Source: Isurus oxyrinchus
Taxonomy: Eukaryota
NCBI GenBank assembly: GCA_026770705.1
Contig: JANJGN010000026.1
Coordinates: 37,882,001-37,946,000, forward strand
Reading direction: 5' to 3'
DNA: 64,000 bases
Shown: piece after piece, positions 12,836 through 25,940 of the stretch
Position numbering within the stretch: the stretch's first letter is position 1
How the letters are laid out: each line of letters starts with the position of its first letter
Program-made: the position numbers and the translations under genes
The notes under the pieces: model-generated
The model's database searches: none
The model's input: the letters and a program-made list of their open reading frames with translations, nothing else
Told to the model about the DNA's origin: nothing

Positions 12836-12874
12836 GGTTTTTGTACGGCCCTCTCCCTGCTCTGTATCAATGTG
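12836..12874 (-). other. 23-RSS #1 abutting supporting V-delta
   Basis: Minus strand: CACATTG (12874-12868), 23 nt, ACAAAAACC (12844-12836). Confidence 0.9.
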
Positions 12875-13180
12875 CAGTGCGCCGACTCAGTGCACAATAA
12901 TACACAGCGGAGTCGCTCACTGGTAGTTTGGCGATATTTAACCGGCTAATTTTCTCGGCAGGTTCGATAGAAGCAGAAATTCTTCCCCCGGCAGCATTTT
13001 CCTTATTCTCCTCTCCTGAAGCGTGCCTCTGAAGCAGATATGCGGGAGCCTGTCCTGGGGACAGACGGTACCAGTGTACTGTGTACTGACAGATACCTGA
13101 ATATTCACAGCTTAAAGTAACGGTGTCACCTGCAGCAGAGGTTTGTAGAGGCTGATTCTGGGATATCAGGAGACTGGAAT
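12875..13180 (-). CDS. Leaderless NAR-TCR-supporting TCR-delta V segment
   Basis: V-set ORF (TVTLSC…HWYRLSPGQAP…DSAVYYCAL) with a non-canonical CDR1 Cys (YSGICQY). Phase-1 acceptor tttttcaccctccAG, 3' RSS, and no leader exon recognisable upstream. It lies downstream of NAR-type V(D)J exons. Confidence 0.88.
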
Positions 13181-14919
13181 CTGGAGGGTGAAAAATGGAC
13201 ATTATGTGTTTGTTTAGCTACTGCTGACATCGGAGATTTGTCAATCGCGCGAACAGCTTTGTGTTTTTTTTCATATTGATTTGAAGCCTGTTCGAACTCT
13301 GCTCATTGTTACTGAAATATGATGAACTGGGGAATGAGGTGATATTTTCTCTTTCATCACGAATTCCTCCGATCAGGACTTCACTATCTGAATGGGTTTT
13401 GGGAACAGATTCAATAGTAACTTTCAAACGGGTAATTGATCTGTTCTGAAACGGAAAAAAAATGCAGGAAAATGGGGAATATGCATGAGTGGTGGGAACA
13501 ATTGGATTACACTTTTAAAGGGACAGCACCTACACTATGGGCCGGATGTCATCCTTCCACGCTGCATGGTTCAATGATGTATATTAGATTTGTTTTTATT
13601 TTCCCCGGTGAGACACAAACCCGAGGGAACTTCTTATTAACAGTGAAACAGGCAGTTTCCAAAAAACTACTTGTCTGACAGTAACCCAGATGCGACGCAT
13701 CACTGCGCACAGCAAGATCCAACAGAATGCGATTGCAATTCGTCAGCACCGATCAGGTCAAACAGATAGTGAATATCGATGGTGAAACCATTAGCTTCAG
13801 TTTAACACTTCTCAGGAGTTTCCATCTGCTTTTGGGTCTATTAGTTTACTTTTTTCGATCAATCTATGTTTCCACATTTCTCTTTAAATTGAAATATTTA
13901 CAGTTAGTTTCATTTTATTTCTACATTTACTTTGTACTGTTTGTACGTCTTTGAATAGTGGGAACTTGTCCTAAGCTCTCTCGGTTGTCGGTTGGGTTCA
14001 GTCTGTTCAGTTTCCGCAGTGGTTTTACTGTTGGGAGCTGCCTCTTCCTTTTCTCTGACAGTTTCAATCCTTTCCGCCCATTGACTGATTCTCTCCGCCT
14101 TCTCTGGGCGGAGTTTTCTCTAAGTTTTTCATTGTACTCAATCTGCAGGAGAGGGATCGGCCATTCGGCACAGTGATTTATGCTGTGGGTATACTCCACA
14201 ACAGTCTCCCCAACCCGAAACCTACTTGACCATTTCCATCCATATTCCGTTCTCCCTCCTGTATTTTCAGCCTTCCCATAAATCCATCGATAACATCTCA
14301 TCCAACCACTCAGTGAGGCATCAAATTCCACATTCTGACAGTTTTAGTGTACATTTTTTTTCTTAATGTATTTGTTCTGTTATTGACGATCTGATATTGA
14401 TGGCCTACTGATCTGGGCTCATCCATAAATATACAGCTGCAACCCATACACTCCATTAAATCCGTTCATAATTTTAAAGATTTCTCAGAATTTTCTTTCC
14501 GGTTCTCTGTTTTCCAGTGGTAGGCGACGCAGACTTTTCAATCATTCCAGAGAGATGTGCATTTTTGCGGATTCCTTTTCACAGAAATTTAAGGAATCAA
14601 TGCAAAGAATCTTACAAATAGAAGCATGGTTGGCCATATCAACTTACAGACCTGTTCCGACGTCAATAATATCGCGGATGATCTTCGAAGTAAGCATCAC
14701 ATTCCCATATTCCTAGATTCTTTTAATAACCAAAAATCTATGGAATACTGCCTTGAATACACTCGTCCACTGAGTATCCACAGCTCTCTGAGCTATAGAA
14801 TGCAACAGGTTCACAACAATAGCCTGGGGAAACACCCACCAGTATCTGCCATGTGAGCTGTTGAGAATATGGTAATGAGATCAGCTCACATTCCTCTAAA
14901 CTACTATCATAAAAGTACA

Positions 14920-15807
14920 ATGAGTTTAAAAATATTTTTCTGGTTTATTGTGCAGTGTGTTAGTGGTGTAAGTATAGCTGGTTCGGCCTGTGTGATTTTA
15001 TTGCATTTGGAGTCAAGTGCACGGTAAGTTTGAAATTATCAAAGGAAGCGACGTGTGGAAATATGCTTGAAATTCTAAGATATAAATGTGGATGCTGGCT
15101 CAGCATTTAAGGTGTGAAGGAACGTTGTGTTTCAAAGTGATGTTTACAATTAACCAGATAAACAAGGCTAAGGAGTCAGATTTAATTTGTTCCGAAGGGT
15201 GCTGACAATATTGGCAACATGAAAGTTTTAATGTTATGAGGATGATACAGTTTCAAAGACATGTGGAACAATAAAATTTACATGTTAAAGAGAGAGAAAC
15301 GTACCTACAGGAGAATGAAAGACTACATGAGGAGAGTGCCATGTAAGATCTAATAGACGTCCATGAAACAACCTTCATGAAGCCTCCAGCCATTTTTGCA
15401 TATGTTTGCTATGTAAAGGTAGTGAAATTGGGGAAGCCATTTGGAATTCCACTGTCAAGTGTGTGCTATGTTACCTTGCTGGCTCTGTTTGAAATCGAAA
15501 ATCTATTTGGACTGTTGCCTTAAAGGGGTGTATAACTAGGAGTCAAGTTAATTCAGAATTTTAGGAGTTGTTATAATAGTAAATAACTTGTCTCTTATGT
15601 ATGTGTTTGAAATATTTTATTTTGTTAATAAATATTATAAGTTAATTTCTCAAAAGTCTCTAAAGGTCTTACTGGTCTCATTACTTCAGAATCAGTGCAT
15701 ACATCTTCCCATAATAAATATAGATTGCAAAACCGTTGTGACAGAGCGACAAAGTTTCCTTTGTGGATTTGGTCCGCCTGGCACACATCATCTGCCACGT
15801 CATAACA
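14920..15807 (+). mobile_element. Solo-LTR-like interspersed repeat
   Basis: Ends …ctgccacgtCATAACA and is the reverse complement of the element starting TGTTATG at 40569. Confidence 0.45.
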
Positions 15808-16835
15808 CAAGGAAATGCAGGCTGTCACAACTTCATCTTTTCTCATAGGATAAACCATTTAACTCAGGAAGCTGCCTGACGAAACTTTGTTCGCTTCCTT
15901 CAAGGCATGTAGATGTTTTCTCAATTACGAATCTAAAACTTTACACAGCATCCACACTGGAGTCCAGTGCAGTCCTTCCCACACACAATACCTCTCCCAA
16001 TTGTTTTGTAATACCGAGGAGTACTGATTCATCAGCTGAGGTGATGGTTCGTGCATAGGTGGTAACCAGCAGGAGGTTTCCTTCCTATCATTGGGCTGAT
16101 GCCATAAGACGTCTTGCCATCTGGAGTTAATGTTGAGGGCTCCAAGGGCATCTCCCTGCTGCCTGTATATCACCATGCCGCCACTTCTAGGTCTATCATG
16201 CTGGTGGCCCAGGACATACACAGGGATAGTGATGGTGCTGGATAAGACATTGCCTCTAAGTTATGATTCCGTGAGATTGTTGCTTGACAAATATGTGGGA
16301 AAGCTCTCCCAGTTTTAGCACATACCCCAGATGTTAGTAAGGAAGACACTGCCAGATGGACAGGCCTAGGTTTGCCATTGTCACTTCCGGAGTCTAGGTC
16401 GATTGCAGGTGGTATGCGGGTGGTTTGATTCATGGTTTATCCTTTTTTGTAGACTTAGTAACCATTTGATTCAAATAAATGGCTTGCTCGGCCATCATTT
16501 CACAAAACACTGAAGGGTAAACCACAATTCTTTGTTCCTGAAGTCTTACGTAGGTTAGACTAGGTAAGAACAGCAAATTTCCTTCGATTAAATAGACTAG
16601 GGCGGCTCGCAACAATCGGCTACAGTTTCATGATTACCCTACTAAGAGCAGCTTTTAACTGCTGGTGCTTGAATTCCACCAGCTGCTGCAGTGGGGTTTG
16701 AACCAGGGTTAACACACAGAGGATTCACAGGACTTCTGGGTTATTAGTCTAATGACATTACCAGGAGGCCACCCTTCCCCATGGCGATTATTGGCCTGGA
16801 TACTTTGCAACACGTCACGGTTTGGAGTCACTTAC

Positions 16836-17180
16836 CAGCTGTGACAGTCACCTCTGTCCCGGAACCGTCTGCAGAACCATCTTTCCAAACGGAACCACAT
16901 CCATATTTATACTGAGCTTTACAGTAATAGGTGGCCGTGTCTTCAACTCTCAGATCCCGAATTTCCAGAGAAAAAATATTTTCTGCTTTATTCGTCGACA
17001 CAACAAATCTCCCCCCACTGGAGATCCGCTCCCTCTCAGTCCCAGTCTGGGTTTGTCTGAAGAAATGTCCGTCCTCTAAACGATGAGAATTACCATGGAA
17101 AAAGCAAGTGATGGTGAGGGACTGACACTCCTTCCTGGTCACCGCTGCCGCACTCTGTACCACTGACTGACTGAAAGAAC
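16836..17180 (-). CDS. Germline-joined NAR-TCR VDJ exon E (open, 345 nt, phase 1-1)
   Basis: SQSVVQSAAAVTRKECQSLTITC…GHFF…DTATYYCKAQYKYGCGSVWKDGSADGSGTEVTVTA. No RSS between V and J. Acceptor tttccAG, donor GTAAGT. Confidence 0.9.
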
Positions 17181-17328
17181 CTGGAAATTAACCACAGAGT
17201 GTTTAGTGGACTATCAAAGCCGAAACAAAAAACGGGAATAAAACCCCAGACAGTGTCTGCAATTGGGATGGATTCGGGCAGCTTTATATGAAATGTATAC
17301 AATGTCGGTTTGTTTGATCCGTACTCAG

Positions 17329-17371
17329 GGGGTAGAGAGGCACACAGAGTGAAAACAAGAAGGATTCCCAT
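17329..17371 (-). pseudogene. Leader exon of copy E with destroyed splice donor
   Basis: MGILLVFTLCASLP is followed by CTGAGT where the paralogs have GTGAGT. Read-through of the intron is out of frame with the V. Confidence 0.85.
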
Positions 17372-17908
17372 CGCTCTGCTGCCTAGAAAAGATGGTTACT
17401 TGATGCGAGCAGGAGATTGCAGCAATAAAAACAAGATGCTGGGGAAACACTGGAGTTCTGGCAGCATCTCTGGAGAGTGAAACCGGATTAAGGTTTCGAG
17501 TCCATATGACTCTTCTTCAGAGCTGCCAATGCCGGAAATTATTAAAACATCTCCCTGAACTGATTGTTGGAAACTCGTTTGACCGTTTGATTTAAGGGTG
17601 GTCGCTTTAGACCCGACCGCTTCCCTCCGTCCAGCAACTGAAGATCAGGTTGCAACATGAGACAGCCCAGTGACTTTGTTAACAATCAGGCAGAAGTGGA
17701 TACTAACAACAAAGCATGATCTCACCATATCTTTTAAACAAAGGCCTACTGCACTCCTTCCTCTGTGATTTGCCCTTGAAATTAAGTTACTAGGAAGTAG
17801 TGTTTGATTTCCAGGTCTGGCGAATTCAGAGTCTCGAGTTCCACTGATAGAACATGAAGCAACACTTGTGAAATCTGCTCATTATGTATAAACCGTCCTT
17901 GAACAATT

Positions 17909-18150
17909 ATCGACACAACAAATCTCCCTCTGCTGGAGATCCGCTCCCACTCAGTGCCGGCTTGGATTTGTCTAAAGAAATGTCCATCCTGTAAACTATA
18001 AGAATAACCATGGAAAACACAGGTGATGGTGAGAGGCTGACACTCCTTCCTGGTCACTGCTGCTGGGGCCTGTGTCACTGACTGACTTAATTAGTTTGTT
18101 TGTGTGAACCGTACTCACGAGGTAAACAGGCACAAAGGGAGGATTCCCAT
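17909..18150 (-). pseudogene. Truncated NAR-TCR V copy D
   Basis: The leader has an 11-nt deletion and the intron has collapsed to about 30 nt with the native acceptor removed. The V runs KECQPLTITC…RFVVS and then breaks into duplicated flank sequence, with no second Cys, CDR3 or J. Confidence 0.85.
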
Positions 18151-18204
18151 CGTCCTGCTGCCAGGATCTGATTGTTACATGACGCGAGCAGGAGATTGCA
18201 GCAA

Positions 18205-18440
18205 TAAAAACAGAAAATGCTGGAAAACTCAGCAGCTCTGGTAGTATCTGTGGAAAGAGAGACAGAGTTAATGTTTCAAGTTCGCCTGTCTCTTCTTCAG
18301 AGCTGCGAAGCAGAGTCATATTGGATTTGAAACGTTAACTCTGTTTCTCTCTCCACAGATTCTGCCAGGCCTGCTGACTTTTACCAGCATTTTCTGTTTT
18401 CATTTCAGATCTCCAGCATCCGCAGTATTTGGCTTTTATA
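18205..18440. mobile_element. Penelope-like terminal-repeat fragment pair in inverted orientation, inserted in the promoter of copy D
   Basis: 'aaaacagaaaatgctggaaaactcagcag…' is followed by its reverse complement. The same motif forms the end of the Penelope-like element at 38775. An orthologous insertion lies at about 22165-22660 and a remnant at 17425-17525. Confidence 0.7.
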
Positions 18441-20389
18441 TAGAGAATCACAGCTCTGGAGTACTTGAGGAGACTGGACCTCGGAGCTGGACTGAAATAC
18501 CTCAGGGAGTAGAGTTGCGTTGCAGAGGGCGGTGTCCCGTGGAGCATTGACGGGCCACACAGTTCCTGTCTCTCTGGTTGTTTGTTGTGTGAATAAGTGA
18601 CAGATTCAAAAAAGGAACCTGCAGTTTCATTTGGTTCATTAGGCCTATAAGCCTGAAGTGAAGCCCCCTCTCCCATTTGCCTGATGTACAGTGCAGGGCG
18701 GTGTGGGTGAAGGAAGGTAGGGTTGTTTCCATTAGTGAAACCGGCCGCCCACAGTAATGAACTGGCAGGCGCTTCCAAGTGTTTTTATAAGTGGTATATT
18801 CTGACAGTGGGATGTGGGAGAATCCCTCCTTCCCCAATACAATTCTCACTGTCATGAAAAACAGTAAACGCTGGAGAAACTCTGGAGTTCTGGCAGCATC
18901 TCTGGAGACTGGAACAGGGGTAACGTTTCGAGTTTGTATGACTCTTCTTCAGATCTGCCTGTGCTGGGAATTATTAAACATCTCCCTGAACTGACTGTTG
19001 GAAACTCATTTGACCTTTTGATCTAGGGTCGCCTTTGACCCGACAGCTTCCCTCCGTCCAGCAACTGAGGATGAGGTTGCAATATGAGACAGTCCAGTGA
19101 CTTTGCCAATATTCAGGCAGAAGTGGGTAATAACCACAAACAATAATCTTACCATATAATTTAAACAAAGGCCTAGTTCGTTCCTTCCTCTGTGATAGTG
19201 TTTGATTTCTAGGTCTGGTTAATTCAGAGTCTCCAGTTCCACTGATGGAACATGAAGCAACGCTCTGTGGGACAGTGAAATGCGGGTGGACACTGTGTTT
19301 GGGATTTATTTTAACGATCACAGTCACTACCTTTGTGAAATCTTGTCATTATGTATAAACCATCCCTGACCAATCAAGACATTCTTTTGAAAGAAACATT
19401 TGTGAACTGGCCACGGTCAAATGTTCTGGGAAACTGGGTGGGGAGAAAGACATGGGGCTGCTCAATAATCCAGGCAGGCATGGAAAGGGCCGAAAAGGGT
19501 TAAAAAAAGAAGTCTTCAGGACAACAGGGCTTCACGCCCACTGAGCATCCACAGCTCTCTGAGGTATAGAATGCTACTGGTTCACAACAACTTCTCTTCT
19601 CATTTCGCTTGGCCGACCCCTTATCATGAAAATGTGACCCCTAGTTATCGACTTCCCGGCCCGGGGAAACACGTACCCAGAATCTGCCCTGTCAGCCCCT
19701 TGAGAATATATGTTCTAATGAGGCCACCTCTCATTCCGCTAAACTGCATGGAACGTAGGCTTTGACCAGTTAATGTTTTGTCATAGGACAATCCCTTTAC
19801 CTTGGGAATCGTTATTATGAACCTTTCTTCACTTCCTTCAATGCATGTAGATCCGTTCTTAAGTATGAATCCAAAATAGCATCCAGACCTGAGGCCAGTG
19901 CAGTCCTTGCCGCACACAATACATGTTCCAATTGTTTTTAATACCGGGGAGTACTGATTCATCTGCTGAGGTAGCGATTGGGAGGTAGGTGGTAACCAGT
20001 AGGAGGGTTCCTTCCCATGTTTGGGCTGATGCCATGAGGCTTCATGGGATCTGGAGCCGTTGTTGAGGACTCCCAGGTGCAAGTCCCTGCTAATATGTCA
20101 CTGTGCCGCCACGTCTGGGTCTGTCCTGCCGGTGGCACAGGGCATGTACAGGGATAGTGATGGCCATGTCTAAGACATTGTCTGTCAGTTATGATTCCGT
20201 GAGTATGACTGTGTCAGGCTGTTGCTCGACAAACCTGTGGGAAAGCTCTCGCAATTTTGGCACAAATATTCAGATGTTAGTGAGAAGGACAATGCAGGGT
20301 GGACAGGCCTAGTTTGACATTATCATTTTCATAGCATAGGTCGATGGCAGGTGGTATGACGAGTGGTATACTCCAAGCTTAATTCCTTC

Positions 20390-21186
20390 TGTTATGACAC
20401 GGCATCTGCTAAAGGCTGAGTTATTTAAAATGCCAGAGGGAAATTTTAAACAACTTTCATAACCTATATTTTCAACTGGCATGTTTGAGAAGCAACTCTG
20501 AATTTAGAAATGAAACCATCAAACCTTCAGATGCCTTTAATATAAATTAAATTAAACATTTATTAATTTCATTAAGAAATTAAACACAAGTTACTACCAT
20601 AATAACTATTAAAGAAATCCCCTTATTCATCAATTCCATGTATTCTTCCCCAAGGAAACAATATCCCATAGACTTAAACAGATACCAGGCAAAGCACGTT
20701 TTTCCTAACGATTTCAAAATTAGGCTCCTTTCAAATGTTTCCTTGCCAGGCACAGTTGTAGGCTTACAGGCTGCTTAGATCATACATGCCTCTGACTTCC
20801 ACGTATGAAACTCTTCTGTATATACCTAGCCTTCCCTTTGAATGTAAATTCTCATTGGCTCAACAGACCCTTGGAACTCCGCCTCTTCTAACAATAAACC
20901 CGTTTCATAGTACCAATTTTATTAGTAATAAAAACATATTGATTGGTATTTCCTAATTTGACGCAAGGTTTCACTCCCAGTCTTTGAATGGTTTATTCAA
21001 TGAAATGCAAATGCACCCTCCACCTACTGATAAAATCTCAAAGCTACTATACATCAAAGCACACCGACTAGCTGGCTTTAATCCAATTAAGACAAAACAC
21101 AGTCACACCCATAGGCACAGATCCTAATTCAAGCCCAATTTAAAATTATTTCCAATAACATTTTATACCTTAATATGTTCATGACA
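20390..21186 (-). mobile_element. Solo-LTR-like element
   Basis: TGTTATGA…TCATGACA termini and a near-TSD cttc/attc. It interrupts sequence that is contiguous in the paralogous unit near 16430. Confidence 0.5.
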
Positions 21187-21574
21187 ATTCTTTTAAAATT
21201 TGATTCAAGTAACTGGATTGCTAGGCCATCATGTCACAGGGCATGTCAGAGGAAACCACATTGCTATGTGTCTGGGATCACACGTGGTGCAGACCAGGTA
21301 AGAATGGCAGATGACCTTCCTTTAAGGTCAATAGTGTGCTGAACAGTTTGGAAATATCGGCAACAGTTTTATGATCACCTTACTTTTTATTCCAGCTTTA
21401 ATTCATTGAACTTAAATTCCATCAGCTGCTGAGGTGGAATTTGAAGCAGGATTAACACACCGAGGATTGGCAGGGCCTCTGGCTACTAGTCCAATGATAT
21501 TACTGCTAGGCTACCCTTCCCTATTGCGAGCATTTATCTAGTTAGCAACACATCGCGGTTTTGGAGTCGCTTAC

Positions 21575-21919
21575 CAGCTGTGACAGTCACCTCTGTCCCG
21601 AATCCGTCTACATAACCATCTTTCCAAACGGAACCACATCCATATTTATACAGAGCTTTACAGTAATAGGTGGCCGTGTCTTCAACTCTCAGATCCCGAA
21701 TTTCCAGCGAAAAATTATTTACTGCTTTATTCATCGACACAGCAAATCTCCCTTCGTTGGAGATCCGCTCCCATTCAGTGCCTGTCTGGGTTTGTCCGAA
21801 GAAATGTCCATCCTGTAAATGATGATAATTACCATTGAAAACACAGGTGATGATGAGGGACTGACACTCCTTCCTGGTGACCACTGCCTGGGTCTGTGTC
21901 ACAGATTGACTGAAAGAGC
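21575..21919 (-). CDS. Germline-joined NAR-TCR VDJ exon C (open, 345 nt, phase 1-1)
   Basis: SQSVTQTQAVVTRKECQSLIITC…YYCKALYKYGCGSVWKDGYVDGFGTEVTVTA. Acceptor cttccAG, donor GTAAGC, no RSS. Confidence 0.9.
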
Positions 21920-22067
21920 CTGGAAGTTAAACAGAAAGAGTTTAATGGGCCATCAGAGCCAAAGTACAAAATGTGGCTCAAACCCCAGACAGTGTCTGTA
22001 ATTGGGATGGACTCCGGCAGCTTTAGGTAAAATGCACACAATGTTGGTTAGTTTGATTGGTAGCCAC

Positions 22068-22109
22068 AGGCTAAACAGGCAAACAGGACAAAACAAGCTA
22101 AGTTCCCAT
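22068..22109 (-). pseudogene. Leader exon of copy C, inactivated
   Basis: ATG GGA ACT TAG gives a stop at codon 4. The exon is 42 nt instead of 43 (frameshift) and the donor is weakened to GTGGCT. Confidence 0.85.
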
Positions 22110-22244
22110 TCTTCTGCTTCCTGGAGCTGATAGTTTGTATGACGGGGAGCAGGAGATTGCGGCAAGAAAAGCAGAAAGTGCTGGAAAAACTCAGCAAGAC
22201 TGGCAGCCTCTGTGGAGACCAACAGCGTTAACATTTCCAGTCGC

Positions 22245-22575
22245 TGTGGAGTGGTATTGTTTTTAGACTAGTAGCACAGGGACACAGAGCAATATTCTGG
22301 GTTCCCGGGTTCGAGTTTAGCCAAGGCAGATGGTGGAATTTTAATTGAATCAACATCTGGAATCAAAAGTCTAATGATGACCATAAAACCATTGTCGATT
22401 GTTGTAAAAACCCATCAGGTTAACTTATGCCTTTTAAGGAAGGAAATCTGCCAATCTTATCTGGTCTGGCCTACATATGACTCCAGACCCACAGCAATGT
22501 GGTTGTCTCTGAAATGCCCGGATAGGCAATAAATGCTGGCCTTGGCAGTAGCGCCCACATCCAAAGAATAAAATA
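22245..22575 (+). mobile_element. tRNA-derived SINE nested in the Penelope-like promoter insertion
   Basis: A-box-like tggagtggta and B-box-like ggttcgagt, a conserved body and an A-rich end. Confidence 0.7.
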
Positions 22576-23981
22576 AAAGGGTTTGCCAGAACTGCTGAGG
22601 TTTCTCCAGCATTTTCTGTTTTTATTTCAGATTTCTAGCATCCGCAGTATTTTGTTTTTATGTAGGAGACTGCAGCTCTGAACTGCTCAGGGAGACTGCA
22701 ACTCAGAGCTGGACTGAAATATTTTAGACTGTACAGTTCATTTGCCGAGGACTATGTCCTTCGGATGATTGATGAGCCGCCCCATTTCCATCTCTCTGGT
22801 TGTGTGTTGCCTGAATGAGTGACAGGTTTAAAAACGGAACCAGCAGTTTCATGTTGCTTCTTTGGGTCTGGAAGCCTGATGTGAAGTCCCCTCTCCCATT
22901 TGTCTGATGTACAGTTGCTGGCGGGATGGGGCGAGGGAGGTGGAATTGTTTTCGTTAGGAAAGTCTGCCTTCCTCATTTTACCACAATAATGAGATTGCA
23001 GGTGCGTCCATGTGCTTTTAATAAGAGGTATTTTTTGAAGGTGGGATGTGGGAGAATCTCTCTGTCTCCAATATTGTCCTAACTGTAATTAAAAGCAGGC
23101 GGAAACTGGAAAAACCCAGGATATCTGGCAGCACCGACCGTAGGGTGAAACAGAGTTAACGTTTCGAGTCCCTATGACACTTCTTCAGAGCTGCCTCTGC
23201 CGGAAATTGTTAAACATCTCCCTGAACTGGCTGGTGGGACTTCATTTGACCGCTTGATCAAAGGGAAGAAGCCTTACATCCGCCTTAGACAAGCAACTGA
23301 GTATCAAGTTGCAATATGAGGCAGTCCAGTGACTTCCCAATGTTCAGGCAGAAAGAATCAACTCTCCATATCATTTAAACAAAAGCTCGTTGCACTCCTT
23401 CCGTTGTGATTTGCATTTGAACTGATCTATCCAGTAAACTATGCTTGATTTCCAGGTCTGGATTACTTAGATCTTCCAGTTGCAATTATAGAACATGAAG
23501 CAACACTGAGAAGGGCAATAGAAATGCGGGAACACGGTTTTTCTTTTGGATTTTATTTAAAGATCACAGTCACTGCCTTATGAAAGCTATTCATTGTGGA
23601 TTAGTTGTCCCTGATCTAACAACACTGTTAAAATATAGCTCGTGAACAGTGCTGCGGCAAAATCCTGGAACTCCCTCCCTAACAGCACTGTGGGTGTACC
23701 TACACCACATGGACTGCAGCGGTTCCGGAAGGCAGCTCACCATCACCTTCTCAAGGGAAACTAAATGCTGGCCCAGCCAGCGAAGTCCACATCCCGTTAA
23801 TTTTAAAAAAAGCTATCTGCTCCAACATTTCCCCGTGGCAGTAAGTTTCAAATCCTGGCGTGCTTTTGTTTAAATTTATCTTACTTAATGCCTTTATTTT
23901 TTTTTTGTTAGTGAGGATCATACATTGACGGCCCATTCCTCTGGACTCGCCCACAAAATAAACTTTTGCTCCACATCCACC

Positions 23982-25940
23982 CATAAGACCATAAGACATA
24001 GGAGCAGAAATTAGGCCATTCGGCCCATCAAGTCTGCTCCGCCATTCAGTCATGGCTGACAAGTTTCTCAACCCCATTCTCCCGCCTTCTCCCCATAACA
24101 TTTGACCCCTTACCAATCAAGAACCTATCTATCTCGTTCTTAAATATACTCAATGACCTGCCTCCACAGCCTTCTGTGGCAATGAATTCCATCGATTCAC
24201 CACTCGTTGGCTAAAGAAGTTTCTCCTCATCTCTTGTTCTAAAAGGTCTTCCTTTTACTCTGACGCTCTGCCCTCGGGTCCTAGTCTCTCCTACTAATGG
24301 AAACATCTTCCCCATGCCCACTCTATCCAGGCCTTTCTGTATTCTGTAAGCTTCAATCAGATCCTCCCCTCATCCTTCTAAACGCCATCGAGTATAGACC
24401 CAGAGTCTTCAAACGTTCCTCATATGTTAATCCTTTCATTCTTGGGACCATTCTAATGAACCTCTTCTGGACCCTCTCCAGGCCCAGCACATCCTTCCTG
24501 AGATATGGGGCCCAGAATTGCTCACAATATTCTAAATGTGGTCTGACCAGAGTTTTATAAAGCCTCAGCAGCACATCCCTGCTTTTATATTCTCGTCCTC
24601 TCGAAATAAACGCCAACATTGTATTTGCCTTCGTAACTACCGACTCAACCTGCAAGTTAGCCTTAAGAGACTCCTGACTAGGACTCCCAAGTCCTTTTGC
24701 ACTCCAGATTTTTGGATTCTCTTCCCAATTAGAAAATAGTCTATGCCTCTATTCTTCCTACCAAAGTGCATGACCTCACACTTCCCCACGTTGTATTCCA
24801 TCTGCCACTTCTTTGCCCATTCTCCTAACCTGTCCAAATCCTTCTGCAGCCTCCCCGCCTCTTCAATACTACCTGTCCCGCTACTTAGCTTTGTATCATC
24901 TGCAAACTTTACCAGAATGCGCTCAGTTCCTTCATCTAGATCATTAATGTATAAAGTGAAATGTTGTGGTCCCAACCTGACCCCTGCAGAACTCCACTAG
25001 TCACCGGCTGCCATCCTGAGAAGGACCCCTTTATCCCCACTCTTTGCCTCCTGCCAGACAGCCAATCTTCTATCCATGCTAGTACCTTCCCTCTAACACC
25101 ATGGGCTCTTATCTTACTGAGCAGTCTCCTGTGCGGCATCTTGTCAAAGGCCTTCTGGAAGTCCAAGTAGATAAGATCCATTGGCTCTCCTTTGTCTAGC
25201 CTACTCGTTTCCTCCTCAAAGAATTCTAAGTGATTTGTCAGGCATGACCTCCCCTTGATGAAACCATGCTGACTTTGCCCTATTTTACCATGCACTTCCA
25301 AGTATTCTGAAATCTCATCCTTAATAATGGTCTCTAAAATCTTACCAACGACGGAGGTCAGGCAAATCGGCCTGTAATTTCCCGTCTTTTGCCTTACTCC
25401 TTCTTAACCAGGGGGGTTACATTAGCGACTTTCCAGTCCTCTGGGACCCTCCCTGACTCGAGCGATTCCTGAAAGATCATCACTAATGCCTCCACTATCT
25501 CTTCAGCTATCTCCTTCAGAACTCTGGGGTGTAATCTATCTGCTCAAGGTGATTTATCCACCTTCAGAGCTTTCAGTTTACCTTGCACCTTCGCCTTGGT
25601 AATGGCCACCATACTCATCTCTGCCCCCCGACTCTCTTGAACAAGGGGGGTGTTACTCATGTTTTCCACTGTGAAGACTGACGCAAAGTTCCTATTCAAT
25701 TCCTCCATCATTTATTTGTTCCCCACTACTACTTCTCGAATGTCGTTTTCCAGTGGCCCAATGTCCATTTTTGCCTCTTTCTTATCCTTTATATATCTGA
25801 AAAAAAAAACTCTTGCAATCTTCTTTTATATTACTGGCTAGTTTACCCTCATATTTAATCTTCTCCCTCCTTATTTCTTTTTTAGTTGCCCTCTGTTGGT
25901 CTTTGTAGGCTTCCCAATCCCTTGGTTTCCCACTGCTCAC
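23982..25940 (-). mobile_element. CR1-clade LINE, relatively young, 5'-truncated
   Basis: QHGFIKGRSCLTNHLEFFEE, IYLDFQKAFDK, KFADDTKL, LYKTLVRPHLEYC and a (cataagac)n tail. Frameshifted. Confidence 0.92.

Noticed and set aside
17090-17371. 93-aa ORF beginning with the E leader (and similar ORFs at 27564-27911 and 32980-33273)
   Set aside because: These are leader-plus-intron read-through, either out of frame with the V or stopping in the intron; they are not separate genes.
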